64,000 nt of DNA from Planctomycetota bacterium (GCA_044222185.1 JBGANV010000003.1:480001-544000), one strand, 5' to 3'; positions 1 to 11,055 are shown, counted from the first letter of the stretch. Numbers and translations: made by a program. The notes: generated by a model from the sequence alone, not told the origin.

Positions 1-270
1 TCCTCCGTCAGCGCTCATGCGACGCCGTCCAGCACGAACGAGCCATCACGCGGTCGGACCGCATCGACCTCCCACCGAGGCGTCTGACTGGAATGCATGG
101 AGCGTCTCCCACGGTGCTTGGTCTCGCGACGATGGCCCCATCCTCGTTCGGCGTGGCGACCGCGGCGGCGATGGTACCAGCCTGGCACCGGAACGTTGAA
201 ATCGAAAAGGCCGCGGACGCGGCGGCCGTCTGCTGCGGGGCACCCACCCGTGGACGACTCGCCGGCTGAG

Positions 271-2328
271 TCAGGTCGCGTGCAGCTGCCGCACCTCTCC
301 GAGCGTTCGTGTCGCGAAGACGAGACGCAACAGGCGCTCCGCCGCCGACGTCGCCGCCGTGGTGGCGCTGCGGTCGACGCGATCCAGGAGAAGGCCTGCG
401 CGCGCTGCCGCCGCGATGGCGGATTCGAGCGCCGGCCTGGCGTCCGCCGCGGCACCCGTGCCGCGCTGAGCGAGGCCCAGCAGCGCGGCCTCCACGGCGG
501 AAAGGGTCGTCGTGGTCGCGTTCACGGGGATCGCAGCGGCAAGGCCTGGCGCGAGTCCACTCAGGTGGTCCGCGAGACGGCCATGTCCTCCGGCCTCGGG
601 CGCCTGCTCCTTCCCCCGTCCCGGGTCGAAGTCGAGGCAGTCGATGGGATGCGAAGCACCCTCGTCGATCAGCGCGATCGGGCGGATCGTTCGGCGTCCC
701 CCGCCCGAATTGCAGATCGCCACCACCGTGACGGGAGCGCCGTCGGGGAGCGCCTCCAGTCGCTCGATGGCTCGCGCCGTGATCTCGGAGTGCTTCAGCG
801 TCAGATCGAGCACGTCGTCGTTCCGATCGATCAACGGCCAGTGCAGAGTTTGCGACGCGCCCTCGAACCTCGCTGCCTGCGCCGCCTGCGCGCTCAGCAC
901 GACGACGTCACGCCGCGGATCGTGCACTCCGAGCCCGGCTCCCGCCGACGCCTTCGATCGGGAGGCGTCGAAGTCCTTCCAATCGTCGAACCGGCACCCG
1001 CGAAACGACGGAACGGCGGCGGCGCTCCCGACGATGACGCGCGTCGTCGACGAGCCCGACAGGCGCCCGACGGCATTGCTGCGCGCCCCGAGAAGCCGCA
1101 GGTTTCGCCCGATCATCTCCGCCGGTGCCACACCGCCGTCCCATGGGCACGCCGCGCGGAACCGCGCGGATGGATCCAACCCACCGGCTTCCCTCGGCGT
1201 CATGTCGGTCCAGGTCCACCAGTCACCTTGGGCCTCGGACCAGAACAGCACGGTCAGCCCCTCATGGCCAGAGCCGCTGCGCCAGACGTGGGCCGCGACG
1301 CCGTAGAGCTCCAGGGCCGGGATCTCGTCGTACGTGGACCGTGCACGACCGGCCAGGCGATCGAGGAGCGGCCCATCCGCGCCCGCGAGGGCCGTGCACA
1401 GCGCGAAGGCGGTCGCGCATTCATGCAGCAGCACCGCCGAGTCGGACCGTGCGCTCCGCGCGATCGAGGCCTCGACCCCATCGGCGAGGCGATCGAGCAC
1501 CAGTCGAAGCCGATGCAGGCGCGCACCCTCGGCGAGTACGGCGAGTGATGCGAATCGATCGATCATGGACGGAGAGAGGTGCGCGAGTCCGATCGTCACG
1601 CACTCCTCGAGCGCCGAACGACACTTGCGAGTCACCGACTGGCGCGCGGCCGCGAGTTCCGCCGACGCGGGCTCGGCACGGCTCGAATGGGCGTGCGCCG
1701 ATAGGACACGTGGAATCGGGCGCCCGCGCCAGACCTGGAACGCGAGGACCGCCGCAACGACGAGCATGGGGCGCCGCCTCCCCCGCGTCGCGCAGATCAC
1801 CGAGTCGAGGCCGCCGCCGGCGTAACGGAACACGTCGGCCACGCCGCCGATCGTGATCGTGATCGTGGGGCCGTCGACGACCATCGCCGGCTCACCACCA
1901 TCGACGAGCGCGGCCGCCTCCAAGACCGCGCCCCGTCCCGCGAACGACTCCAGTGCCGCGAGGTCCATGTCGAGGAGTTCGGCGGCGGGCGACGAGGTCT
2001 CGATTGGAACCAACCCCGGCCGCTCCACCGACGCGTCCCCGTCAGGTGATGCCAACGCCAGCAGGGCCCCGATCACGTGGTGACAGACGTTTCGCGCCGG
2101 GCATGTGCAGCGCGCCGCCCGCGGCCCCTGACGATCGAACGTGACGCGCTGCCCGTCGATCGCCACGACGACGGAGAGATCCTCCACGGTGACGACCGGC
2201 GGTGCGGCCGCCACGTCCTTGCGCGCGCGCCGCAGGAGTCCCACGCTGCCGAGCGCGGCAAGGGCCGCGTCGTCGAGCCGCCGCGCGGTCGCGCGGACCT
2301 CGCTCAGGAGATCACCGTCACCAGCCAT
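271..2328 (-). CDS. SWIM zinc-finger protein (YehQ-like)
   Basis: N-terminal CTCPARNVCHH fits the SWIM CxC-xn-CxH motif. It is the last gene of the overlapping yeh-type operon. Confidence 0.8.
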   Translation of the reverse strand: MAGDGDLLSEVRATARRLDDAALAALGSVGLLRRARKDVAAAPPVVTVEDLSVVVAIDGQRVTFDRQGPRAARCTCPARNVCHHVIGALLALASPDGDASVERPGLVPIETSSPAAELLDMDLAALESFAGRGAVLEAAALVDGGEPAMVVDGPTITITIGGVADVFRYAGGGLDSVICATRGRRRPMLVVAAVLAFQVWRGRPIPRVLSAHAHSSRAEPASAELAAARQSVTRKCRSALEECVTIGLAHLSPSMIDRFASLAVLAEGARLHRLRLVLDRLADGVEASIARSARSDSAVLLHECATAFALCTALAGADGPLLDRLAGRARSTYDEIPALELYGVAAHVWRSGSGHEGLTVLFWSEAQGDWWTWTDMTPREAGGLDPSARFRAACPWDGGVAPAEMIGRNLRLLGARSNAVGRLSGSSTTRVIVGSAAAVPSFRGCRFDDWKDFDASRSKASAGAGLGVHDPRRDVVVLSAQAAQAARFEGASQTLHWPLIDRNDDVLDLTLKHSEITARAIERLEALPDGAPVTVVAICNSGGGRRTIRPIALIDEGASHPIDCLDFDPGRGKEQAPEAGGHGRLADHLSGLAPGLAAAIPVNATTTTLSAVEAALLGLAQRGTGAAADARPALESAIAAAARAGLLLDRVDRSATTAATSAAERLLRLVFATRTLGEVRQLHAT

Positions 2329-3440
2329 GCTGCAAGGTTCTTCGGGGTCAGGGAGGCGATCTCCATGCCCGCTTCGGCGAGCCGTTGGGCGATGGCGTGG
2401 TCGTGCACCGGCATGGCATCGCGGTCGAGCGACGCCAATCCCAGAAGGCGCGCCCGCGCCTCACGAAGCCGGCGGCAGCTTTGCACGAGCGCGTCGGGCG
2501 AACCGCCCTCGGCGAAGTCCGAGATCAGGACGACCACCGCGCGAGCCGGCACGTCGACGAGCCCCTCGCAGAAGCGCATCGCCTTCGCGATGTCGGTCCC
2601 ACCTCCGAGCTGGATGCCCATCAGGACCTCGACCGGGTCGGAGACGTGCTCCGTCAGGTCCACGACGCTCGTGTCGAAGGCGACGAGCGAAACGCGAAGG
2701 CTCGGAAGCGAACTGAAGATCCCGGCCATCACCGCGCTGTGGATCACCGAGTCCGCCATGCTCGCGCTCTGGTCCACGCACAGGATGATCTGCCAGGGCA
2801 CCCGCCGACGATTGCGCTCGAAGAACTTCGCTCGCTCGATCACGAGTCGCCTTCGCGCCTGGTCGAAGTTGCGCAAGTTCGCACGGATCGTTCCCTGGGC
2901 GTCGAAGTTCTGCCGGAGGCGATCGAGACCATGCCGCAGCCGGTTTCGGCGACCTGATAGCGCTCGGCGGACGTCGGATTCGATGCGTGCGCGGATCTCG
3001 TCGACCACGGTGCGGATCACGTCCCGGACGGCCCCGAGGACCGGAGCGGCCAGCTGGCGTCGGAGCGACAGAAGGGTCTTCAGCAGATCCGTGTTCGGCT
3101 CGAGCTTCTCCAGCGTACGCGGATCGGTGACCAGTTCGGTCAGTCCGTATCGGTGGAGCGCGTGTCGCTCGACGACCTCCACGACCTCACGGGGGAAGAG
3201 CTCGCGCACGTCGTCGAGCCACTCGGGGATCGTCAGCTGGCTCGGTCCGAGCGACCCGGGCTGCGCCCTCATGCCCCGGTCCTCGTATTCGCGGCCGTAG
3301 AGGAACTCGAGCGCGCGGTCGATCCTCACGCCGCGCCCATGCAGTTCGGTGGCGAGGCTGGACGCCGCGTACCGGCCGAGCACGAGCCGCCACCGCCTCG
3401 CCGCCTCCTCGACGTCGTGGGTGAGCCGTTCGCCGGTCAT
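2304..3440 (-). CDS. VWA domain protein (YehP/CoxE-like)
   Basis: N-terminal RRWRLVLG motif, MIDAS motif DQSASM, GGGTDI and LISDF. Start set at the ATG of MTGERL, which overlaps the upstream stop. Confidence 0.88.
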   Translation of the reverse strand: MTGERLTHDVEEAARRWRLVLGRYAASSLATELHGRGVRIDRALEFLYGREYEDRGMRAQPGSLGPSQLTIPEWLDDVRELFPREVVEVVERHALHRYGLTELVTDPRTLEKLEPNTDLLKTLLSLRRQLAAPVLGAVRDVIRTVVDEIRARIESDVRRALSGRRNRLRHGLDRLRQNFDAQGTIRANLRNFDQARRRLVIERAKFFERNRRRVPWQIILCVDQSASMADSVIHSAVMAGIFSSLPSLRVSLVAFDTSVVDLTEHVSDPVEVLMGIQLGGGTDIAKAMRFCEGLVDVPARAVVVLISDFAEGGSPDALVQSCRRLREARARLLGLASLDRDAMPVHDHAIAQRLAEAGMEIASLTPKNLAAWLVTVIS

Positions 3441-5914
3441 GGCGCAGCCTCCCGCCCGGGCTCGGACCACCACTCGCCGAGGCCGTCGCGAAACAGCACG
3501 TCCCGCAGGGCGAGGCTCGCTTCCAGGTTCCCCTGCATCTCGCTGGCCGTCATGCCGTGCAGGATCGGTGCCGAGTTCGTGCGGAGCCCGAGCCCCACGG
3601 CAACTCGCCGTCCCACGTCGTCCGACTCCTGGGGTGTGAGCGATGCGAAGGCCAGCCGGAGTTCGGGGAGCAGGCGCAGGAACGCGTCGTCATCGGCGCT
3701 CTCCACTATCTGCCGCAGAGTCGCGAGGATTTCGTCGGACTGCCACAGGACCTCGCGCGCAGTGAGCGCCATTCCGCCCAGGAACGCGACGGCCGCACTT
3801 GCCGAGCCGCCGCCGCCGAGGTGGCCGCGCAGCTTGACCGAGAGCACGGATTCGTCCATCAGTCCTGCGCCGAAGAGGGCGCCGCAGGCGGCGCCGCCCA
3901 GTCGCGGCGGCGTGTCATACACGCTTGCGCAGCGGCGGAGCACCGACCAGAGCAGTTCGCCGTCGAACCACGTCGCCAGGCTCCCGCTGGCGGCGGCGCG
4001 GAGTTCCACGACTGCGGCGGCGGCAGCGTCCGCGGCATCACTCGCCGTCGGCTCCGCGAGAAGTGCACAAGCCCGCGCGAAGCACGTGCGCGTGAGCGCC
4101 GGGAGGGCGTCCAATCCCTCGGCACCGAGAGGCACGCGTGACTCCCACAGCACCAGGAGCTGGGCCATCGCGCCGACCACGGACCGCAGGCTCGGGTCCT
4201 CGTGGGCGCAGCGGGACACGTGCGAGACGACGAGCGCCGCGAGGTCGTGGAGTCCGAGCTGGCAAGCGCGAGTCAGATGCTCGGCCGCGAGTTCAGCCGA
4301 CCGTCTCCCCGCATCCGCATCCCAGGAGCTCAGCCCTCGAATGAACCGGTCAGTCACCGCCTCGCGTACCGTGTTCCCATGGATGGCCACACCGAAGAGC
4401 GCGACGTCGGTCTGGGGCGCCCAGCCGTACTCCCAGGTCTCCATCAACCGCGCCTTCGCACCACGAACCATCAACGGCTGCCCCGCGAGCCGCACCCCGA
4501 ACGGCACGTCGAGGAAGGCCACCGCGTGGAGAAATCGACTCTTCTTGCGGTGTTCTTCCTCGCGATAGACGTCGAGGGTGGTGCGCCGCCGCGCCGTCGA
4601 TCCGAGGTCCAGGCCGAAGCCAAGGGCCGTACTCCGGAAGTCGGCGACGATGGGAGGGAGCCCGGCCTCCGGCGGAACCTCGCCGATCCGGGACCCGGTG
4701 AGCACTTCGTGCAGCGCGCGATGGACCGGCGCACCCTCGGGACCGTCCTCGCCCGCGATGAAGCTGCCGACGACGGCGTCGACGATGTCGAATCGGCTTG
4801 GCGTGAGATGCCCACGCAACGTGGCGAGTCTCTCCGCCATCTCGCATGCCGAGATCAGGGCGGGCGTGCTCGTGAAGTCGCGGGCGCCGCCGTCGCGCAG
4901 GACGGCGGCCACGGCGGAGATTGACTCGAGCGCGAGCGAACTGCACCCCGCGTCCCCGGCGGTCGCGCGCTCCCAGACTCGCTGGCGGTGCGCCGGAGAC
5001 GCGATGCCGGCCGCGTAGCCGCTGACCCGATCCACTCGGTCGAAGCTGTAGCGGACCATCACGGAACCCTTCTCCGTGACGCGCGACGTGTCGATCTTCG
5101 GAGCCTCCGTCCCCCTGGCCACGAGATCCGGAAGCACGACCGTGTGATATCCGCCGGTGACGACGAGCACAGGGCCGGGCACCGCGCGCTCTTGCGTTCC
5201 CTCGCGGTCGTCCAGGCGGCGTCGCACCCGCGCTGCCATGGTGGCTTCGCGAGCCGCGGTGCCATCCCGCTCGTGGTCGTCGTCGCGCACTTCGGCCCGC
5301 GCCACGGCGCACCACGCCACGACACGTGCGACGAACTCTTCGGAGTCCACGCCGTCCCGCCACACCTCGAAAAGGGCATCCCACGACTCGTCGACGTCTC
5401 GACAGCCGAGCCGCCGGGCCAGCCGCGCCAGTCCGCTGCTCCGAGCGAGTCGCTGCTCGCCGAAGAAGCTCGCGAGTTCGCTCGAGAGTCCTCCGGCGCG
5501 GTTCGCCAGAACCTGCTCGGGGAAACTCATGTCGATGAACTCCACGTGGGCGCCGAGGGCTGAGCCTTCACGCACCGCAACGAGTTCGGGAGAAAAGTCG
5601 CACAGGGGATACCACGCGCCATGGCGCGCGGTCGGCGCATCCGCGGGCTCGCGCAGGTGGCACCACGTGAACACGGCGATCGGAGCCTTGGTGGCGGTGT
5701 TCGTGAGGAGCGGGACGAGTTCCGACATGGAGTCGGGCCCCTCGATGAGGATCGTCGACGGCCGGCGTTCGCGAATCAGCGCCCGCAGTTGCAGCGCACA
5801 CGCTGGACTGTGATGGCGGATCGGAAACCAGAGCACGGGACCGCGTAGGAGCTCGCGTCCGCGGCGCCTCGCATCCGCGACGGACAGGAGGCCCTCGGAG
5901 ACCTCGTCTACCAC
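3437..5914 (-). CDS. DUF5682 family protein (YehM-like)
   Basis: PIRHHSPACA, LIEGP, FSPELVA and VVTGGYH motifs. GTG start at 5914 overlaps the stop of the AAA gene. Confidence 0.85.
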   Translation of the reverse strand: MVDEVSEGLLSVADARRRGRELLRGPVLWFPIRHHSPACALQLRALIRERRPSTILIEGPDSMSELVPLLTNTATKAPIAVFTWCHLREPADAPTARHGAWYPLCDFSPELVAVREGSALGAHVEFIDMSFPEQVLANRAGGLSSELASFFGEQRLARSSGLARLARRLGCRDVDESWDALFEVWRDGVDSEEFVARVVAWCAVARAEVRDDDHERDGTAAREATMAARVRRRLDDREGTQERAVPGPVLVVTGGYHTVVLPDLVARGTEAPKIDTSRVTEKGSVMVRYSFDRVDRVSGYAAGIASPAHRQRVWERATAGDAGCSSLALESISAVAAVLRDGGARDFTSTPALISACEMAERLATLRGHLTPSRFDIVDAVVGSFIAGEDGPEGAPVHRALHEVLTGSRIGEVPPEAGLPPIVADFRSTALGFGLDLGSTARRRTTLDVYREEEHRKKSRFLHAVAFLDVPFGVRLAGQPLMVRGAKARLMETWEYGWAPQTDVALFGVAIHGNTVREAVTDRFIRGLSSWDADAGRRSAELAAEHLTRACQLGLHDLAALVVSHVSRCAHEDPSLRSVVGAMAQLLVLWESRVPLGAEGLDALPALTRTCFARACALLAEPTASDAADAAAAAVVELRAAASGSLATWFDGELLWSVLRRCASVYDTPPRLGGAACGALFGAGLMDESVLSVKLRGHLGGGGSASAAVAFLGGMALTAREVLWQSDEILATLRQIVESADDDAFLRLLPELRLAFASLTPQESDDVGRRVAVGLGLRTNSAPILHGMTASEMQGNLEASLALRDVLFRDGLGEWWSEPGREAAP

Positions 5915-7035
5915 GAGAGGTCCTTTCGGGCGTTCCAGCACGAGCCCCACGCGGCGTCGCGTCGCCCGCGGGGTTTCACGACGAGGTCGAAGTAGCTCGC
6001 GAGCTTGCGCCCGTCGTCCTGGTTGTCCTTCAGGACGGTGCCGATCAGCTGGCGTCCGACGTGTTCGCCGCTGAGCGTCCCATCCCCGAAATGGCGCGCA
6101 TCGAGGCATGCGGCGTATCCCACCGCGACGGCCTCGGCCGTGGACATCACGGCCGTCGGACGATCGAGCACGACGCCGTCGTCCGTGACGCCGCGTCGTA
6201 GATCCTGAAACGCCGTGATCAACAGGTCGATGACCTCGGGCGGGCGCCGCACGTCGATGCCGGACTGCGCGAGCAGTGCCGCGGTCTCCCGCTCGATGAG
6301 CTCGCGCTCGAGCCGCTTGTCAGATATGGCGCGCACGGTCTCGAAGTTGAACCGCCGCTTGAGCGCGCCAGAAAGCTCGTGCACGCCACGGTCACGCACG
6401 TTCGCCGTCGCGACGATGTTGAACCCGCGCGCCGCGAAGACGAGTGAGTCATCACCGGAGAGTTCGGGCACGTGGAGAGCCTTGTCCGACATCACACTGA
6501 TGAGCGAGTCCTGGATTTCGGGCTGGACGCGTGTGATCTCCTCGAAGCGAACGATCGATCCCTGGCGCAGTCCGCGGTGCAGCGGCGCAGGCACGAGCGC
6601 GCGGATCGACGGCCCCTCGGCGAGGAGGAGCGCGTAGTTCCACGAGTACTTGATCTGGTCCTCGGAGGTGCCCGCAGTCCCCTGGATCGTGAGCGTCGAG
6701 TCACCTGAGATCGCCGCAGCGAGGAGCTCGGAAAGCATGGACTTGGCCGTGCCAGGGTCACCGACGAGCAGCAGTCCCCGTTGGCTCAGCAGCGTGACGA
6801 TGCATCGATCGACGAGCGCGTCATCGCCGTAGAACTTCCTCGACACGCGCGGGATGCCCTTTCGCGCGTCGGATGCGGCGCCGGCCTCCGATCCGACGAT
6901 GAACGTACGCACCGCCCGCGGCGACAGCCGCCAGCCGGCGGGACGCTCGTGTGCATCGGCGGCGACGAGTGCAGCCAGTTCGGCTGCATGCATGACCTCG
7001 GCGGGCTGCCGCAGGATCGGGGGTGAAGATGTCAT
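5908..7035 (-). CDS. MoxR-family AAA+ ATPase, YehL subfamily
   Basis: Walker A GDPGTAKS, Walker B-like RFEEITR, YSWNYALL, TANVRDRGV and ALKRRFNF motifs. Start set at MTSSPP. Confidence 0.9.
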   Translation of the reverse strand: MTSSPPILRQPAEVMHAAELAALVAADAHERPAGWRLSPRAVRTFIVGSEAGAASDARKGIPRVSRKFYGDDALVDRCIVTLLSQRGLLLVGDPGTAKSMLSELLAAAISGDSTLTIQGTAGTSEDQIKYSWNYALLLAEGPSIRALVPAPLHRGLRQGSIVRFEEITRVQPEIQDSLISVMSDKALHVPELSGDDSLVFAARGFNIVATANVRDRGVHELSGALKRRFNFETVRAISDKRLERELIERETAALLAQSGIDVRRPPEVIDLLITAFQDLRRGVTDDGVVLDRPTAVMSTAEAVAVGYAACLDARHFGDGTLSGEHVGRQLIGTVLKDNQDDGRKLASYFDLVVKPRGRRDAAWGSCWNARKDLSW

Positions 7036-7040
7036 GGTCG

Positions 7041-10000
7041 CTATCCAGTCTTTCGTTCCCATTCGGGGTCGAACCCCGTGCCGTCCGCGGCCATGGTACG
7101 CAGGTCGTTCCAGCACTCGCTCAAGAGGACCGGAGGGACCTGCCCCAGTGGCACCGTCGCGTCGCCACGGCCAGAGGCCCCGGCGACGACCATCCTGAAT
7201 GACAGATCCCGCAGCGCGACGAGTCGGTTCTCCTCCGGAAGAGCGCTCCCCGTGAACTCGATCACGGCTTCCAGCCCCGCAGACGGGAACCGCCGAACGT
7301 AGGTGAAGTAGAACCCGGCGTCCTCCGCCGGACCCCGCAGCCACCCGAGTTTCGTGGCACGGCCGCGGAGGGCGAACGACATGAGGACGTGGCCCAGGAA
7401 GTCCTGTACGGTGTCCTCCTCGACGCGCTCGGCAGGTATGCGATAGACCGGCTTGCCGAACTGCGGGAGCAAGGGCGCCACGTCGTAATCCCGCAGGTGC
7501 TCGATCCACCGTTGCGAATCGGCGGGCGGAATGACGACCTCGTGCGCCACGCGGACGACGTCGTCCGGCCCGAGGGTCACGACCTCGTCGTCGACGTTCG
7601 TGAGCGACCCGTCCTCCAACGGACGGAACGTGAACCCGTGATCGCCGCGGTCGGCGCGCCAAACGAGGCGCTGGCAATGGCGGCGGAGGATCGGATGCCT
7701 TCCGAGGAAGCGCGACCAGTCGGCCGCGGCCCAGGCGCGCTGCGTGCACATGGCGTCGTGCAACCGCGCGCGCTGGCTCGTGACGACGCTCTTGAGCTCC
7801 TTCTTCGCCGCCGAGAACTGCTTTCGAAGCCCGGCGACGCGCGCGGCATCCTCGTCCTTGCGCGCCTCCGGCAGGTTCGCGATCGATCGCCCCTCCTCGT
7901 TGAACAGCTCGATCCCCAGCTCCGCCGTCAGTCGCGCCGTGAAGGCTCGGTCGCCGTAGTCGAACGTCGACGTGCCATCCTCGTCGAACCCAGCCGTGGG
8001 GATCGTCCGATCTGCGAGTTCCTCGAGCGTCCAGCCGCGTCGCTCCGCGAGGAGCGCGGCCTGGCGATTCGCCTCGTCCTGGAATCCCTTGGTGCGAAAG
8101 CGCGACCCGACGGACAGCATGAGCTGCGTCGCCGACGGGTGATCGACCCACGCGAGCATCTGGATCAGGGCCTTGCCCTGCGCTGCTCGGTGCCCATACC
8201 AGACCTTCAGATATCGCTCGGTCATCCCGGCGATGGCCGCTCCTCCGCAGGCCGAGACCACGGAGAGGATCCCCTTGGCACCGATCACCGAGCCCGCCGG
8301 CGTCATGAGGTGGGCCGGGAGGCGGCGCTCGAAGATCTCGTCCTCCGATCGCCCCTTGTCCGGCGACGTCTCGTAGAACTGCGGGTACTGCTTCATCGAT
8401 TGCACGACGCCGATCGCCTCGGCGCGGGCGCGTGCGACGGCCTCCGCGTGCGGAATCGGGCGAACGTCCTCGGCGAGCCACGCCGAGAGGATCGTCTCGC
8501 CGAGGGCCTCACGCGCTGCCGGTGCGATGGCCTGGACGTGACGGCGGAGGACGGCGCTGGGTTCGGGGGTCTTCCCCTTGCACGCCTGAACGAGCCACCA
8601 CATCGGGATCTCGCGAGCGAGCGGTTCCCCGCCGTCCGCCCAATGCAGCACAGGAAGGGCATCCGCAGGAAACCAGGCAAGCTCCTTCGGAATCCCCTTC
8701 TTGAGCCCGGCTCGTGCGTCCGTCGCGAGCTTGTCGCGATCGAGGAAGCGGTCGAGCGAAGCACCCAGAGCCTCGAGTGCGCCCATCATGGCGGCCGCCG
8801 CCTGGTCGTGCTTCTCCTTCGCGAGCGCAGCCTCGATCGACGAGAGGGCCTCGACGTCGCGAAGCCGCCCAAGCCACTGCGCGGCGTTCGCCCGTGACTC
8901 CGCCTTTCCCGATGCGAGCGCGGCGACGAGCCGCTCGCGCCGGCCGGGGAACGCGTCAAGGATCCTCTGAGCACGCAGCCGCGCGCTCTTGCCGCTTCCG
9001 AGTGCGATTCCAAACAGCCGGTCGACGAGGTCGGCCGGGACCCGCGGGAACGTGGCGATCGCGTCGAACACGCGTTCGGGGTCGAACCAGAAATCGGGAG
9101 TCAGGGTGAAGCGTCCATCGAGGACGTCGTCGATCAAGCGGCGATGGCGCGCGAGGTAGGGCCAGACCTGCGCGGCCGTCCAGCCCTCGGCGATGCGTTG
9201 CCCGATCCGCCGCATCCAGTCACGCGCCAGCACGTCGCCCGACACGCCGCGCGCCTCGAGGTGCGCCGCGAGGTCCAGGAGGGTCACACGACCTGCCCGG
9301 CCGAGGACGTTGAACACGCTGCATTCCGGCTCCGCAAAGAACGCAGACGGCGATGCGAGATCGAGCCGACCGGCCGATTGGAGCATGACGACCACGTGCC
9401 CCAGAGTCACGTCAGGGCGCAGGGCCCAATCGCAGAGCAGTCGCTTCGCAAGTCGTTGATCGACCCACGTCTTGACGCTGAACTCGACCGTCGAGTCGGG
9501 TGGAGGCGGATTCCTGACCTGGGCCACGATCCGATCCAGTTCGTCGTCGGTCAGCGGTTTCCACCCGGGCACGGTGCCCGAACTCCGCGCGACGGCATCA
9601 CGCCACCGCGCATGCGCCGCGTCGTTGATCGCCTTCAACGCCGCATGCAACCGCGCGGCCGCTTCCGTGCCGAGCGGGGCGCTGAAGTCGGCCTCGACGG
9701 TAGGCACGGTCAGATCGGCGTCGACGGCGGCGCTCGCTTCCGATCGCCGTTGCAATTCGATGACGGCCTGCCGGACGGACGGCGCCGCGTCCGACGTCGC
9801 CCGCGCCTGGACGAATACCCGGGCGGCCTGGCCGCCCATGGACCAAAGCTGCGTCAACGCGAGGATCCGGGTTTCGGGCGCTGCATGGGTCGCGAGTCTC
9901 TCGAGTTCGGGTTCGATCGCGCTTCCCAGTCGACGCGTAGCGGCTTCCGATGCGACGCGCACCCGATTGCTCCCGTCCGTCACGAGCGCGGCGATCGCCC

Positions 10001-10721
10001 CCGAAAACGGCAAGAGGTCCTCGGTCGTGGCTCCGCCGAGGAGCCCCACGGAGTAGGCACGATGCTCGTGCGCGTCGGCCAGGAGGTACGGGCGAACGAG
10101 GTCGGCGTGTCGCGCCGCCGACGCGGCGAATCCCGGAACTCGGGCGAGGAACTCGGGATGAGACCAGACCTTGGCCCCGAAACTACGGAACGCGGAGACC
10201 ACGAGCTCCGACTCCGGCAGCCCGGCGGCGGAGAGCAGCGCTTCCAAGCGCCCCATGGACGCCTTGGGATGTGGCTCGAGCTCGGTCGGACTCCACGAGA
10301 CGTGCGTCAGCGGCCGCTTCAGCAAGTCTTCGACGAGTGCGTCGATCCACGGGTGGTGCTCGGCGATGTCGAGGTAGGTCGCAAAGCCCAAAAGCGACGA
10401 GGTGGCTGCGAGCATCTCCCCGAAGCGGATGAGAACGAGCGGCGGCACGTCGTCCCAGCGGTCGTAGAGACGCCAGCACTTTGCGCGGCGTTCGTCCTCC
10501 GCCTCACGCCGCGCCCGGTCGAATCGGCCCGATTGGGAGGTCCGGACTCGACCCGGCAGATCCGCCGGCCGCCCCTCGAGGACGAACCCCAGCGCCGACT
10601 GCGCCTGAGACGGATCCGCGAAGGGCAACCCGGCGACCGCTTCTTCGAGCACGGGCAGGAAATCGGCATCGCGACCACGATCTCCGTTGCCCCCCAGCAG
10701 ACCTCGCAGGAACTTCGCCAT
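7041..10721 (-). CDS. DUF4132 domain protein with HEAT-like repeats (YehI/MolR-like)
   Basis: C-terminal DUF4132-type motifs (ELADRTIPTAGFD, HPILRRHCQRLVW, W..HLRDYDV..LLPQF, VPPVLLSE). Central helical HEAT-like repeats. Start set at MAKFLRG. Confidence 0.85.
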   Translation of the reverse strand: MAKFLRGLLGGNGDRGRDADFLPVLEEAVAGLPFADPSQAQSALGFVLEGRPADLPGRVRTSQSGRFDRARREAEDERRAKCWRLYDRWDDVPPLVLIRFGEMLAATSSLLGFATYLDIAEHHPWIDALVEDLLKRPLTHVSWSPTELEPHPKASMGRLEALLSAAGLPESELVVSAFRSFGAKVWSHPEFLARVPGFAASAARHADLVRPYLLADAHEHRAYSVGLLGGATTEDLLPFSGAIAALVTDGSNRVRVASEAATRRLGSAIEPELERLATHAAPETRILALTQLWSMGGQAARVFVQARATSDAAPSVRQAVIELQRRSEASAAVDADLTVPTVEADFSAPLGTEAAARLHAALKAINDAAHARWRDAVARSSGTVPGWKPLTDDELDRIVAQVRNPPPPDSTVEFSVKTWVDQRLAKRLLCDWALRPDVTLGHVVVMLQSAGRLDLASPSAFFAEPECSVFNVLGRAGRVTLLDLAAHLEARGVSGDVLARDWMRRIGQRIAEGWTAAQVWPYLARHRRLIDDVLDGRFTLTPDFWFDPERVFDAIATFPRVPADLVDRLFGIALGSGKSARLRAQRILDAFPGRRERLVAALASGKAESRANAAQWLGRLRDVEALSSIEAALAKEKHDQAAAAMMGALEALGASLDRFLDRDKLATDARAGLKKGIPKELAWFPADALPVLHWADGGEPLAREIPMWWLVQACKGKTPEPSAVLRRHVQAIAPAAREALGETILSAWLAEDVRPIPHAEAVARARAEAIGVVQSMKQYPQFYETSPDKGRSEDEIFERRLPAHLMTPAGSVIGAKGILSVVSACGGAAIAGMTERYLKVWYGHRAAQGKALIQMLAWVDHPSATQLMLSVGSRFRTKGFQDEANRQAALLAERRGWTLEELADRTIPTAGFDEDGTSTFDYGDRAFTARLTAELGIELFNEEGRSIANLPEARKDEDAARVAGLRKQFSAAKKELKSVVTSQRARLHDAMCTQRAWAAADWSRFLGRHPILRRHCQRLVWRADRGDHGFTFRPLEDGSLTNVDDEVVTLGPDDVVRVAHEVVIPPADSQRWIEHLRDYDVAPLLPQFGKPVYRIPAERVEEDTVQDFLGHVLMSFALRGRATKLGWLRGPAEDAGFYFTYVRRFPSAGLEAVIEFTGSALPEENRLVALRDLSFRMVVAGASGRGDATVPLGQVPPVLLSECWNDLRTMAADGTGFDPEWERKTG

Positions 10722-11055
10722 GGCGCGGGATCGTACAAAACCGGGTGGCGGTCGTGGGCACGTCGGGGCCGCCATCGCGATGAGTGGCCCCGGGGCGCCG
10801 CAGGGACGCGGATGCGCCCGCGGGGGTCCCGGGAGTCGCGGTCCCCGGTACGTCGTTCTTCGGGGCACGACGGCGGAGCGACCGCAGTCGAGCGGGCCGC
10901 CCCCCCCTCGGGACGTCCGGCGGGCCCTAGACGTCCCCCCTCGACGGTTGTGTTCTCGGCGACAATGACGCAGGACCATCGTCCACCGGCCGACGATCCG
11001 ACCCGCGCCGCCCGCATCGATCGGCCCGTCCGCGTCCCACCCCACGAGTCAGCCC

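Noticed and set aside
97-9144. Long plus-strand ORFs opposite the yeh-type operon, and the 5' extension of ORF 5908..8481
   Set aside because: These are Arg/Pro-rich shadow ORFs typical of high-GC DNA and overlap well-supported genes.
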